64,000 nucleotides of DNA from Escherichia coli. GTDB lineage: Bacteria > Pseudomonadota > Gammaproteobacteria > Enterobacterales > Enterobacteriaceae. The position numbers and the translations under genes were made by a program. The stretch is taken from NCBI RefSeq assembly GCF_024298765.1, contig NZ_CP101210.1; one strand, written 5' to 3'. Under the pieces are notes generated by a model that worked only from the letters and a program-made list of their open reading frames with translations, made no database searches and was not told the origin of the DNA. Positions 48,600 to 59,900 of this stretch are shown here, one piece after another. The number at the start of each line of letters is the position of its first letter. The first letter of the stretch is position 1.

Positions 48600-50750
48600 A
48601 TGGATACTAAAAAGATATTCAAGCACATACCCTGGGTGATTCTCGGAATCATCGGTGCATTCTGCCTCGCGGTAGTTGCATTACGTCGGGGGGAGCACGT
48701 CAGCGCCCTGTGGATCGTGGTCGCCTCTGTGTCGGTGTATCTGGTGGCTTATCGCTACTACAGTCTGTACATCGCCCAGAAGGTGATGAAACTCGACCCC
48801 ACGCGCGCGACGCCTGCGGTTATTAACAACGACGGTCTGAACTACGTTCCGACCAACCGTTACGTGTTGTTTGGTCACCACTTCGCCGCTATCGCCGGTG
48901 CAGGTCCGCTGGTGGGTCCGGTTCTCGCCGCGCAGATGGGCTACCTGCCTGGCACGCTGTGGCTGCTGGCGGGGGTCGTGCTGGCCGGTGCGGTTCAGGA
49001 CTTTATGGTGCTGTTTATCTCCTCTCGCCGTAATGGCGCATCTCTTGGTGAGATGATCAAAGAAGAGATGGGGCCAGTACCGGGGACTATCGCGCTGTTT
49101 GGCTGTTTCTTAATCATGATCATCATCCTCGCCGTCCTGGCGCTGATTGTGGTTAAAGCCCTGGCCGAAAGTCCGTGGGGTGTCTTCACCGTTTGCTCAA
49201 CCGTACCGATTGCGCTGTTTATGGGTATCTACATGCGCTTTATTCGTCCGGGGCGTGTGGGTGAAGTCTCTGTCATTGGTATCGTGCTGCTGGTTGCCTC
49301 TATCTACTTCGGTGGCGTGATTGCTCACGATCCGTACTGGGGTCCGGCACTGACCTTTAAAGACACCACCATTACCTTCGCGCTGATTGGCTATGCGTTT
49401 GTTTCCGCACTGCTGCCAGTGTGGCTGATCCTCGCACCACGCGACTATCTGGCAACCTTCCTGAAAATCGGCGTTATCGTCGGCCTGGCGCTGGGTATCG
49501 TGGTGTTGAACCCGGAACTGAAAATGCCTGCGATGACCCAGTACATTGACGGTACTGGCCCGCTGTGGAAAGGCGCTCTGTTCCCGTTCCTGTTCATCAC
49601 CATCGCCTGTGGTGCGGTATCTGGCTTCCACGCGCTGATCTCTTCCGGTACGACGCCAAAACTGCTGGCTAACGAAACCGACGCGCGTTTCATTGGCTAC
49701 GGCGCAATGCTGATGGAGTCCTTCGTGGCGATTATGGCGCTGGTTGCTGCATCCATCATCGAACCGGGTCTTTACTTCGCGATGAACACCCCGCCTGCTG
49801 GCCTTGGCATCACCATGCCTAACCTGCATGAAATGGGTGGCGAGAACGCGCCGATCATCATGGCACAGCTGAAAGACGTTACCGCACACGCGGCAGCGAC
49901 CGTCAGCTCCTGGGGCTTCGTGATTTCGCCAGAGCAGATCCTGCAAACCGCGAAAGACATTGGTGAGCCTTCTGTCCTGAACCGTGCAGGTGGTGCGCCA
50001 ACGCTGGCGGTAGGTATCGCTCACGTGTTCCACAAAGTGCTGCCGATGGCTGACATGGGCTTCTGGTATCACTTCGGTATTCTGTTCGAAGCCCTGTTCA
50101 TCCTGACCGCGCTGGATGCCGGTACCCGTTCTGGCCGCTTTATGCTGCAAGACCTGCTGGGTAACTTCATCCCGTTCCTGAAAAAAACCGACTCTCTGGT
50201 TGCCGGTATCATCGGTACTGCGGGTTGTGTGGGGCTGTGGGGCTACCTGCTGTATCAGGGCGTGGTCGATCCGCTGGGCGGCGTTAAGAGCCTGTGGCCG
50301 CTGTTCGGTATCTCCAACCAGATGCTGGCAGCCGTAGCACTGGTACTAGGCACCGTTGTGCTGATTAAGATGAAGCGCACCCAATACATCTGGGTAACTG
50401 TTGTTCCGGCTGTATGGCTGCTTATCTGCACCACCTGGGCGCTGGGCCTGAAACTGTTCAGCACCAACCCGCAGATGGAAGGCTTCTTCTACATGGCAAG
50501 CCAGTACAAAGAGAAGATTGCTAACGGTACTGACCTGACGGCGCAGCAGATTGCCAACATGAACCACATCGTTGTGAACAACTACACCAACGCAGGTCTG
50601 AGTATTCTGTTCCTGATTGTGGTGTACAGCATCATCTTCTACGGTTTCAAAACCTGGCTTGCGGTGCGTAACAGCGACAAACGTACTGACAAAGAAACAC
50701 CGTACGTTCCAATCCCGGAAGGCGGCGTGAAGATCTCTTCGCACCACTAA
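48600..50750 (+). CDS. btsT: pyruvate/H+ symporter BtsT (CstA family)
   Basis: 716 aa from MDTKKIFKHIPWVILGIIG; ORF extends 5 codons upstream. Confidence 0.9.
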   Translation: MDTKKIFKHIPWVILGIIGAFCLAVVALRRGEHVSALWIVVASVSVYLVAYRYYSLYIAQKVMKLDPTRATPAVINNDGLNYVPTNRYVLFGHHFAAIAGAGPLVGPVLAAQMGYLPGTLWLLAGVVLAGAVQDFMVLFISSRRNGASLGEMIKEEMGPVPGTIALFGCFLIMIIILAVLALIVVKALAESPWGVFTVCSTVPIALFMGIYMRFIRPGRVGEVSVIGIVLLVASIYFGGVIAHDPYWGPALTFKDTTITFALIGYAFVSALLPVWLILAPRDYLATFLKIGVIVGLALGIVVLNPELKMPAMTQYIDGTGPLWKGALFPFLFITIACGAVSGFHALISSGTTPKLLANETDARFIGYGAMLMESFVAIMALVAASIIEPGLYFAMNTPPAGLGITMPNLHEMGGENAPIIMAQLKDVTAHAAATVSSWGFVISPEQILQTAKDIGEPSVLNRAGGAPTLAVGIAHVFHKVLPMADMGFWYHFGILFEALFILTALDAGTRSGRFMLQDLLGNFIPFLKKTDSLVAGIIGTAGCVGLWGYLLYQGVVDPLGGVKSLWPLFGISNQMLAAVALVLGTVVLIKMKRTQYIWVTVVPAVWLLICTTWALGLKLFSTNPQMEGFFYMASQYKEKIANGTDLTAQQIANMNHIVVNNYTNAGLSILFLIVVYSIIFYGFKTWLAVRNSDKRTDKETPYVPIPEGGVKISSHH

Positions 50751-50758
50751 CCGTGTTT

Positions 50759-50786
50759 AGCCCCGCTTCGGCGGGGCTTTGTTCTT
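50759..50786 (+). terminator. terminator hairpin after btsT
   Basis: agccccgcttcggcggggcttt followed by T-rich tract. Confidence 0.6.
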
Positions 50787-50799
50787 ATCAGAGTGAACT

Positions 50800-51003
50800 A
50801 TGTTTGGTAACTTAGGACAGGCAAAAAAATATCTCGGCCAGGCGGCGAAGATGTTGATTGGCATTCCAGACTACGACAACTACGTCGAGCATATGAAGAC
50901 CAACCATCCCGACAAGCCGTACATGAGCTATGAAGAATTCTTCCGCGAACGCCAGAACGCGCGCTACGGCGGCGATGGTAAAGGCGGTATGCGCTGTTGT
51001 TAA
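50800..51003 (+). CDS. yjiX: DUF466 small protein YjiX
   Basis: 67 aa, [33 protein letters not shown]. Confidence 0.85.
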
Positions 51004-51013
51004 TGGAGAGAGC

Positions 51014-51970
51014 ATGAACCCGATTGCAGTTACCCTACTCACCGGTTTTTTAGGCGCGGGCAAAACCACCCTGCTGCGCCATATTCTTAACGAACAACAC
51101 GGCTACAAGATTGCCGTGATTGAAAACGAATTCGGCGAAGTCTCCGTTGATGATCAACTGATTGGCGACCGCGCCACGCAGATCAAAACGCTGACCAACG
51201 GCTGCATCTGCTGTTCGCGCTCCAACGAGCTGGAGGACGCGCTACTCGACCTGCTGGATAATCTCGACAAGGGCAATATTCAGTTCGACCGTCTGGTGAT
51301 TGAATGCACCGGCATGGCCGATCCCGGCCCGATTATTCAGACCTTTTTCTCCCATGAGATTTTATGCCAGCGTTACCTGCTGGATGGCGTGATTGCGCTG
51401 GTGGATGCGGTACATGCCGATGAGCAGATGAACCAGTTCACCATCGCCCAGTCCCAGGTTGGCTACGCCGACCGTATTCTGCTGACTAAAACCGACGTCG
51501 CAGGCGAAGCAGAAAAACTGCGTGAACGCCTGGCGCGCATCAACGCCCGCGCACCGGTCTACACCGTCACCCACGGCGACATCGACCTGGGCCTGCTGTT
51601 CAACACCAACGGTTTTATGCTGGAAGAAAACGTCGTCAGCACCAAACCGCGTTTCCACTTTATCGCGGATAAACAAAACGATATTTCGTCGATTGTGGTG
51701 GAACTGGATTACCCGGTAGATATCAGCGAAGTTTCCCGCGTGATGGAAAACCTGCTGCTGGAGTCGGCGGATAAACTACTGCGTTACAAAGGGATGCTAT
51801 GGATTGACGGCGAACCTAATCGCCTGCTGTTCCAGGGCGTCCAACGCCTCTACAGCGCCGACTGGGACAGGCCGTGGGGCGATGAAAAACCGCATAGCAC
51901 GATGGTGTTTATCGGGATTCAGCTGCCGGAGGATGAGATTCGGGCGGCGTTTGCGGGGTTGAGGAAGTAA
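51014..51970 (+). CDS. yjiA: CobW/P47K-family GTPase YjiA
   Basis: start set at MNPIAVTLLTGFLGAGKTT (318 aa) with GGAGAG Shine-Dalgarno. Confidence 0.9.
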   Translation: MNPIAVTLLTGFLGAGKTTLLRHILNEQHGYKIAVIENEFGEVSVDDQLIGDRATQIKTLTNGCICCSRSNELEDALLDLLDNLDKGNIQFDRLVIECTGMADPGPIIQTFFSHEILCQRYLLDGVIALVDAVHADEQMNQFTIAQSQVGYADRILLTKTDVAGEAEKLRERLARINARAPVYTVTHGDIDLGLLFNTNGFMLEENVVSTKPRFHFIADKQNDISSIVVELDYPVDISEVSRVMENLLLESADKLLRYKGMLWIDGEPNRLLFQGVQRLYSADWDRPWGDEKPHSTMVFIGIQLPEDEIRAAFAGLRK

Positions 51971-51981
51971 TTTGGGATGAT

Positions 51982-52012
51982 GGCCGCCATGTGGCGGCCT
52001 GAATTATTTTTT
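51982..52012. terminator. bidirectional terminator between yjiA and the brnA-like gene
   Basis: ggccgccatgtggcggcc hairpin followed by T-run. Confidence 0.6.
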
Positions 52013-52306
52013 ATTCTGATCGCGCAGCATCGCTTCACGTAAAATTGCGTTCAGGCGAGTTTGATAGCCTTTACCTGGTCGCTTCAACCATTCCATCACA
52101 TCAGCATCAATACGCACCGAAGCCTGAGTTTTCAATGGCCGATAAAACTTACCGCGTTCTGCGTTAGACCATTGCTCATCGCTGGAAGGTGGGATATCGC
52201 TGTAATCAATCTCTTCGTCGGATTTATTCGCCAGCACCTTCAATTCGGCCTCATGCTGCACATCGAGTGTAGAGGAGGTCCCTCGTTTATGTTTAACCAT
52301 GCTCAT
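52004..52306 (-). CDS. BrnA-like antitoxin (DUF4415/COG3514, RHH-type)
   Basis: 100 aa with family-typical EIDYSDIP...SVRIDADVMEWLKRPGKGYQTRLNAILREAM; ATG overlaps upstream ORF stop (ATGA). Confidence 0.6.
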   Translation of the reverse strand: MSMVKHKRGTSSTLDVQHEAELKVLANKSDEEIDYSDIPPSSDEQWSNAERGKFYRPLKTQASVRIDADVMEWLKRPGKGYQTRLNAILREAMLRDQNKK

Positions 52307-52431
52307 AGCGGCTCCGTTCGTTGTGGATCATCAAACACTAACACCGCATCTTCAAAGCGGATGCCATGTTTCACCCGATTACTTTTGGCCTTGTTTGCAT
52401 CCCATTCAAACTCCATTGGCATAGTTGCCAT
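52303..52431 (-). pseudogene. truncated BrnT-like toxin (DUF497) ORF, 42 aa
   Basis: hand-translated MATMPMEFEWDANKAKSNRVKHGIRFEDAVLVFDDPQRTEPL; BrnT-type N-terminus but about half the usual length; not in the ORF track (<60 aa). Confidence 0.5.
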
Positions 52432-52437
52432 CCCTAA

Positions 52438-52449
52438 TTGTATATACAA
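52438..52449. promoter_or_regulatory. perfect 12-bp palindrome TTGTATATACAA just upstream of the brnT-like start
   Basis: read directly from sequence. Confidence 0.4.
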
Positions 52450-52618
52450 AAATGTATCTACAATTATTCTGCAATTATAGCGTTGATGTTGGAAATAGCA
52501 TCACGTTTCGAATAATCAACCATGAAATTGACAATGTGTGAGTTGGACTTGATTCATCCAATAGAATTTCTCGCCTGACATGGCACACTAAACACCTCGC
52601 TGTCGTTAAGGGATTACC

Positions 52619-53785
52619 GTGAAAAACTACAAAGTCATTACCCCGCTTTTTCCTACCTATGCGCAAGTTAAGGCTATGATGAAAGCCGTCTCAGGCTATT
52701 CCCTGAAAGCGGTACGCAATATGATTACCGCCATTCACGAGCAAACCGGAACGCCGCAAAAACCCGTTGACTGGTCGGAACCTGACCTGTGGATCAGCGA
52801 ACGCTTAACGGGTGAAGATGCCGACATCGCCCGTCGTATTTGGGATACCGATAATCACATATTGAACCCGCGCCACAGCTACGGCTGCTACTTATTCCTC
52901 AACTATCCCCAGTTTGAGCTGATGGAAAGCACGCCAGATGATACCTGGCAGCCCACCTCGCGCGGGCAAAAATTCCTGCAAGATGACGAAAAAACGCTGC
53001 GTTCACTGGACGACCAGGAAGGCATTCTGCAACTGCTTGAGCTGCTGGCTGGCCGGGAAATGTCGCGCCGCGCCGATTTATTGCCGGAATGGCAGGCCTT
53101 TTTGCATCAGCATTCGAAATTCGCGTCAGCAAGTTCAGTGAAAAGCACGCTCTACTCCCGTCTCTATAACCTTATCGACCGTGACATGGTTAACCGTGAA
53201 GGCATGAGCTATCGCATCACCGATACCGGGCGCGCCTGGCTTGGAAAAGCGTTGCCAGCACGAAAAAGCGATCCGCGTAAAGAGCTGCTGGAAGCAGTGA
53301 AACGCTACAACGAGCAGCAAAAAGAGCTGCTGCGCGAACAAATCAGCACGATGAACCCGTACAAATTTGAGCAACTGGTTGGTCAATTACTGGAAGCAAT
53401 GGGCTACGAGCAGGTCGAAGTGACCAAAGCCTCAGGCGATAAAGGTGTGGACGTGATTGGTCAGGTGCAGGTCGGCATCACCACTATTACCGAAGTGGTG
53501 CAGGTCAAAAGAATGCAGAACACTATCACTCGCCCGTATATCGACCAGTTGCGCGGGGCGTTGCCTTACCACAAAGCCATTCGCGGTACGCTCATCACCA
53601 CCGGGAAATTTGCGGCGAAATGTGCAGAAGCGGCGCTCTTTCCGGGTGCCGCGCCCATTACTCTTATCGACGGCGATCGTTTACTGGAACTGTTAATCGA
53701 AAATAACGTCGGCATTCGCCGCAGCAATGCAGTGGAATTGCTGGATGTAGATTTGCAGTTGTTTGATGAGCTGGAGATGGATTAA
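52619..53785 (+). CDS. Mrr-family (Mrr_cat) restriction endonuclease-like protein with extended N-terminal domain
   Basis: 388 aa, GTG start with AAGGGA Shine-Dalgarno; C-terminal GDKGVDVIGQ...VVQVKRMQNTITRPYIDQL; N-terminal ~240 aa unassigned. Confidence 0.7.
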   Translation: MKNYKVITPLFPTYAQVKAMMKAVSGYSLKAVRNMITAIHEQTGTPQKPVDWSEPDLWISERLTGEDADIARRIWDTDNHILNPRHSYGCYLFLNYPQFELMESTPDDTWQPTSRGQKFLQDDEKTLRSLDDQEGILQLLELLAGREMSRRADLLPEWQAFLHQHSKFASASSVKSTLYSRLYNLIDRDMVNREGMSYRITDTGRAWLGKALPARKSDPRKELLEAVKRYNEQQKELLREQISTMNPYKFEQLVGQLLEAMGYEQVEVTKASGDKGVDVIGQVQVGITTITEVVQVKRMQNTITRPYIDQLRGALPYHKAIRGTLITTGKFAAKCAEAALFPGAAPITLIDGDRLLELLIENNVGIRRSNAVELLDVDLQLFDELEMD

Positions 53786-53848
53786 AGGGCGAAATCCGCC
53801 GCCTCAACCATTACAATAGCGACCCAATTTATCTGAACAGAGTTCATC

Positions 53849-55468
53849 ATGGCCAAAGCACCAACTAAAAAAGCCAAAGCAAAGAAAGGCTTTGAAGAAA
53901 CATTATGGGATACCGCAAACCAGCTTCGCGGTAGCGTTGAGTCCTCCGAATACAAGCACGTGGTGTTGAGCCTCGTGTTCCTGAAATTCATCAGCGATAA
54001 GTTTGAAGCACGCCGCAAAAAAATGATTGCCGATGGGCAAGCAGACTTCCTTGAGATGGAAGTGTTCTACCAGCAGGACAACATTTTCTACCTGCCGGAA
54101 GAGGCGCGCTGGTCATTTATCAAACAAAATGCCAAACAGGACGATATTGCGGTCCGTATTGACACCGCCCTCTCGACCATTGAGAAACGTAACCCAACGC
54201 TGAAAGGCGCGCTGCCAGACAACTACTTCAGCCGTCAGAATCTGGAAACCAAAAAACTGGCGTCACTGATTGATACCATCGACAACATCGAAACGCTGGC
54301 ACACGAAACTGACGTTGAAACGTTATCGAAAGAAGACCTGGTCGGACGCGTTTACGAATACTTCCTCGGTAAGTTTGCCGCAACTGAAGGCAAAGGCGGT
54401 GGTGAGTTCTACACGCCTAAATGTGTGGTTACGCTGTTAACTGAAATGCTCGAACCCTTCCAGGGCAAAATTTATGATCCGTGCTGCGGCTCGGCGGGGA
54501 TGTTTGTGCAGTCGGTGAAGTTTGTCGAGAGCCATCAGGGTAAAAGTCGTGATATCGCGCTGTATGGTCAGGAACTGACAGCCACGACGTATAAACTGGC
54601 AAAAATGAACCTCGCCATTCGCGGTCTTTCAGCTAACCTCGGCGAACGCCCGGCAAACACTTTCTTTAGCGACCAGCACCCGGACCTGAAAGCCGACTAC
54701 ATTCTGGCGAACCCGCCGTTCAACCTGAAAGACTGGCGTAACGAAGCTGAATTAACCAAAGACCCACGTTTTGCCGGTTATCGTATGCCGCCAACCGGTA
54801 ACGCCAACTACGGCTGGATTTTGCATATGCTCTCCAAGCTGTCGGCTAACGGTACAGCAGGTTTTGTGCTGGCAAACGGTTCGATGAGTTCTAACACCAG
54901 CGGTGAAGGCGAGATCCGTGCGCAGATGATCGAAAATGATCTGATCGACTGCATGATCGCCCTACCTGGACAGTTGTTCTACACCACGCAGATCCCGGTG
55001 TGTTTATGGTTTATGACCAAATCGAAGGCTGCCGACCCAGCCAAAGGTTATCGTGATCGTCAGGGCGAGACGCTGTTTATTGATGCGCGTAACCTCGGCA
55101 CCATGATTAGCCGCACAACTAAAGAGTTAACGACGGAAGATATTGCCACAATCGCCGATACCTACCATGCCTGGCGCAGCACGCCGGAAGAACTGGCTGC
55201 ACGGATTGCGCGTGGTGACAGCAAGTTGGAAAAATATGAAGACCAGGCAGGTTTCTGCAAAGTTGCAACCCTGCAAGATATTAAAGATAACGACTACGTA
55301 CTGACACCGGGCCGCTATGTGGGTGCAGCCGAGCAGGAAGAAGACGGCGTGGCATTTGAGACGAAAATGCGCGAATTGTCGAAGACGTTGTTTGAGCAGA
55401 TGAAGCAGGCGGAAGAACTGGATCGTGCGATTCGCCAGAATCTGGAGGCGCTGGGTTATGGGCTTTGA
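53849..55468 (+). CDS. hsdM: type I restriction-modification methyltransferase subunit HsdM
   Basis: 539 aa; FYTP, YDPCCGSAGMF SAM-binding motif and ANPPF catalytic motif. Confidence 0.9.
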   Translation: MAKAPTKKAKAKKGFEETLWDTANQLRGSVESSEYKHVVLSLVFLKFISDKFEARRKKMIADGQADFLEMEVFYQQDNIFYLPEEARWSFIKQNAKQDDIAVRIDTALSTIEKRNPTLKGALPDNYFSRQNLETKKLASLIDTIDNIETLAHETDVETLSKEDLVGRVYEYFLGKFAATEGKGGGEFYTPKCVVTLLTEMLEPFQGKIYDPCCGSAGMFVQSVKFVESHQGKSRDIALYGQELTATTYKLAKMNLAIRGLSANLGERPANTFFSDQHPDLKADYILANPPFNLKDWRNEAELTKDPRFAGYRMPPTGNANYGWILHMLSKLSANGTAGFVLANGSMSSNTSGEGEIRAQMIENDLIDCMIALPGQLFYTTQIPVCLWFMTKSKAADPAKGYRDRQGETLFIDARNLGTMISRTTKELTTEDIATIADTYHAWRSTPEELAARIARGDSKLEKYEDQAGFCKVATLQDIKDNDYVLTPGRYVGAAEQEEDGVAFETKMRELSKTLFEQMKQAEELDRAIRQNLEALGYGL

Positions 55469-56855
55469 TTTTCAGTTGTTAGAAAATGCAGGGATCCAGC
55501 TAATTGATGGTGACAGAGGCAAAAATTATCCTAAACATAATGATTTTATGGAGAATGGCTATTGTCTTTTCTTATCCGCTAAAAATGTCACTAAATCTGG
55601 TTTTCAATTTCAAGAAACATTATTTATCAATGAAACTAAAGATCGTGAACTAAGAGCAGGAAAGCTTAAGTACGGTGACATTGTTCTTACTACCCGTGGC
55701 ACAGTAGGTAATGTTGCGTACTATGACAATAATAATCCATATAAACATATTAGAATCAACTCAGGAATGATTATCATTCGAGCTGATAATAAATTATGGA
55801 ACCCTAAATTTCTATATTTCATATTAAAATCAGAACTATTAAAAGAACAGATCATTAATCTTATCTCTGGCTCTGCAGTGCCTCAACTACCCGCGAGAGA
55901 TATTAGGAAATTTATATTACCAGTTATTAATAGAAGCCTTCAAAATAAAATTACTAATATTATCTCAGATATTAATGATAAGGTTAATTTAAATATAGAA
56001 ATTAACCAAACACTCGAAAAAATGTCCCAAACCCTGTTCAAATCATGGTTTGTGGATTTTGATCCGGTGATTGATAACGCGCTGGATGCAGGAAACCCCA
56101 TCCCGGAAGCCCTGCAATCTCGCGCCGAATTGCGTCAAAAAGTACGTAATTGTGCAGATTTCAAACCGCTTCCGGCGGAAATTCGCTCGCTTTTCCCAAG
56201 TGAATTTGAAGAAACGGAGTTGGGTTGGGTGCCAAAGGGCTGGTCTTTCACTGCATTAAAAAACTTTGGTAAAATCATATGCGGTAAAACACCAACTAAA
56301 AGTAACAAAAATTATTATGGCGAAGATTTTCTTTTTATAAAAATACCAGATATGCATGGTAAAGTTTTTGTAACAAACTCACATGATAAATTAAGTAAAC
56401 TCGGTAGCGAGTCACAATCAAATAAAATAATTCCTCATGGTAGCATCTGTGTAAGTTGTATAGCGACTGTTGGTTTAGTCTCTATTAATGCGCAAGATTG
56501 CCATACAAACCAGCAGATCAATAGTATTGTACCAAACAGTCCACATTATCGAAATTACTTATATTTTTCTATGTTAGAGAAATATAAAATATTTCATGAT
56601 TTGGCTAGTGGAGGTAGTGCAACCCTCAATATGAATACAAGTGTGTTCTCTAACATAGCCACATTAATGCCAAATAATCTCGTGCTTAAACAATTTCACA
56701 AAATAACAGAACCTTGGTTTGAAGCCATATTACTAAATGAATATAAGTTGACCTCACTTGCATCTCTCCGAGATACCCTGCTCCCGAAACTCATCTCCGG
56801 TGAGCTATCCCTGGAAGATCTTCCGGATCTCAACACCGATACAGAAGCTGCATAA
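55458..56855 (+). CDS. hsdS: type I restriction-modification specificity subunit HsdS
   Basis: ATG overlaps hsdM stop, GGAGG 9 nt upstream; 465 aa; AT-rich target-recognition-like segments. Confidence 0.8.
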   Translation: MGFDFQLLENAGIQLIDGDRGKNYPKHNDFMENGYCLFLSAKNVTKSGFQFQETLFINETKDRELRAGKLKYGDIVLTTRGTVGNVAYYDNNNPYKHIRINSGMIIIRADNKLWNPKFLYFILKSELLKEQIINLISGSAVPQLPARDIRKFILPVINRSLQNKITNIISDINDKVNLNIEINQTLEKMSQTLFKSWFVDFDPVIDNALDAGNPIPEALQSRAELRQKVRNCADFKPLPAEIRSLFPSEFEETELGWVPKGWSFTALKNFGKIICGKTPTKSNKNYYGEDFLFIKIPDMHGKVFVTNSHDKLSKLGSESQSNKIIPHGSICVSCIATVGLVSINAQDCHTNQQINSIVPNSPHYRNYLYFSMLEKYKIFHDLASGGSATLNMNTSVFSNIATLMPNNLVLKQFHKITEPWFEAILLNEYKLTSLASLRDTLLPKLISGELSLEDLPDLNTDTEAA

Positions 56856-56949
56856 CGCATTTTGCCCCTGTAAAATCAGGGGCTTTCTGGTAAGGTTTTC
56901 TACTGATACGGGAATGCTTACCCGAAATTAGCCAGGGTTGGAGCGCAAT

Positions 56950-59900
56950 ATGAGTCTCTCTTTCAGTGAAGCAAAATTAGAACAAGCGATCATTGAACTG
57001 TTACAGGATCAGGGATATCAACACCTGATCGGCGATAATGTCCCACGTTCAAGTCTCGATCAGGTCATCATCGAAGACGATCTCCGTCATTATTTAGCGG
57101 CACGTTACCAGCCTGATGGCATTACTGAAGAAGAGATTCAGCGACTGATCAAACAGTTCACCACGCTTCCGGCCTCCGATCTTTATGAAAGCAACAAAAT
57201 ATTTTGTCGCTGGCTGGCAAATGGTTTTCTGTTCAAACGCGACGATCGGCAACAAAAAGATCTCTATATTGAATTGCTCGACACCCGGCATCTACCTGCC
57301 GCGCTGCGCCAGATATTTGACGCCGAAGATGTCCCGTTGCAACAGGCGGCGGAACTCCCGCCCTCCTATATTAATCCGCCGCTTAACCGGATTAAGATTG
57401 TTAACCAGCTTCAAATCTCCGGCAAAGATAATCAGACTCGTATTCCTGACGGCATTCTCTATATCAACGGTCTGCCACTGGTCGTCTTTGAATTTAAAAG
57501 TGCGGTGCGCGAGCAGGAAGCCAGTATTGGCGATGCCTGGAAGCAGCTCTGTAAACGCTACCGCCGGGATATTCCACAACTGTTTATCTACAACGCGCTC
57601 TGCATTATTAGCGATGGCGTAAATAACCGGATGGGCAACCTGTTTGCGCCCTATGAATACTTTTACTCATGGCGCAAAGTCACCGGTAATGAAAACCGTG
57701 AACAGGACGGAATTCCATCATTGCACTCAATGATTCAGGGACTGTTTCATCCGGTACGTCTGTTGGATGTGATTAAAAACTTTATCTGCTTCCCGGATAA
57801 AGCCAAGCACGAAGTAAAAATTTGCTGCCGATATCCGCAGTACTATGCCGCCCGCAAACTCTATTACAGCATCAAGCAAGCGCGTAAACCTTTCGGTAGC
57901 GGTAAAGGCGGTACCTACTTTGGCGCAACGGGCTGCGGTAAAAGCTACACCATGCAATTTTTAACCCGCTTGTTAATGAAAAGCGTGGAGTTTGCCAGCC
58001 CGACCATTGTTTTGATCACCGACCGTACCGATCTGGACGATCAGCTTTCTGCGCAAATGTGCAACGCCAAAAATTACATTGGCGATGACACCATCGTTCC
58101 CGTTACCAGCCGTGAAGATTTGCGTAATCAACTGGCGGGACGCAATAGTGGCGGTGTATTCCTGACAACGATCCATAAATTCACCGAAGACACCGAACTC
58201 CTTTCTGAACGCAGCAATATCATTTGCATCTCGGACGAAGCACATCGCAGCCAGGTTAACCTCGACCAGAAAGTCATCGTCGATAAAGAAAGCGGAAAAG
58301 TACGCAAAACGTATGGCTTTGCAAAATACCTGCACGATTCACTGCCAAATGCCACCTATGTTGGCTTTACCGGCACACCGATTGACGCGACGCTCGATGT
58401 CTTCGGTGAGGTGATCGACAGTTACACCATGACCGAATCCGTTCAGGATGAAATCACTGTACGCATCGTGTACGAAGGCCGTGCGGCTAAAGTGATCCTG
58501 GACTCCAGCAAACTGGAAGAAGTCGAAAAGTATTACGAAGAGTGCGCAAACGCAGGCACCAATGAGTGGCAAATCGACGAAAGTAAAAAAGCCACCGCAA
58601 CCATGAATGCGGTACTGGGTGATGAAGATCGGTTAAAAGCCCTCGCGGAAGATTTTGCCAAACATTATGAAAAACGCGTAGCCGAAGGTTCCACCGTAAA
58701 AGGCAAAGCCATGTTTGTTTGTGCCAGCCGTGAAATTGCCTGGGATTTCTACCGCCAGCTTAAAGCTATTCGCCCTGCCTGGTTTGAAGTGAAGCAAGCA
58801 CCTGATGGCGTCGTCCTGACGGAACAGGAGCAGAAAGAGTTACCGCCTTCTGAAATGGTGAAGATGGTCATGACGCGCGGTAAAGATGACGACGAGACGC
58901 TTTATGATTTACTGGGCACAAAAGAATATCGCAAAGAGCTGGATAAGCAGTTCAAAAACGCTAAATCGAATTTCAAAATTGCCATTGTTGTTGATATGTG
59001 GCTGACCGGTTTTGATGTTCCTGAACTGGACACCATCTATATTGATAAGCCCTTACAAAAACATAACCTTATCCAGACTATTTCTCGCGTTAACCGTAAA
59101 CTGGAAGGCAAAAGCAAAGGGTTAGTAGTGGACTACATCGGCATTAAGAGTCAGATGAACCAGGCACTGGCAATGTATTCCCGCATTGATGCCACCAACT
59201 TTGAAGATATTCAGCAATCGGTAATAGAAGTTAAAAACCATCTCGATTTGTTGGGGCAAGTCTTTTACGAATTTGACAGTCGGGATTATTTTAGTGGTGA
59301 GCCACAAGCGCAATTATCCTGCCTCAACCGCGCGGCGGAATTTGTTCTGCGTACCCAGAAAGTTGAACGTCGGTTTATGGGACTGGTTAAACGCATGAAA
59401 GCCGCCTACGACGTCTGCTGCGGCAGCGAAGCATTATCACAGACAGAACGTGACTATATTCACTATTATCTTGCTGTTCGTTCAATTGTTTTCAAACTGA
59501 CGAAAGGTGACGCACCGGATGTCACCCAGATGAATGCTCGCGTTCGTGAAATGATTGCAGAAGCGTTAAAAGCTGATGGCGTAGAAGAAATTTATTTTCT
59601 TGGCGACAAAAAAGCGGAATCCATCGATATTTTTGACGAAGATTATCTGGCGCGAATTAACAAGATCAAACTTCCGGCAACGAAGATCCAGTTATTACAA
59701 AAATTACTGGAAAAAGCGATCAGCGACTTCAGGAAAGTGAACCAGTTGCAAGGGATTAACTTCACCCGCCGCTTCCAGGCGATTATAGATCGTTATAATG
59801 AGCGGCGAGAAGATGATGTACTCAACGGTGAAGAATTCGATACATTCAGTCAGGAAATGACCGATATTATCTATGATATTAAAACCGAAATGGGCACATG

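Noticed and set aside
49197-50150. 317-aa minus-strand ORF
   Set aside because: Antisense to btsT; Arg/His-rich shadow ORF
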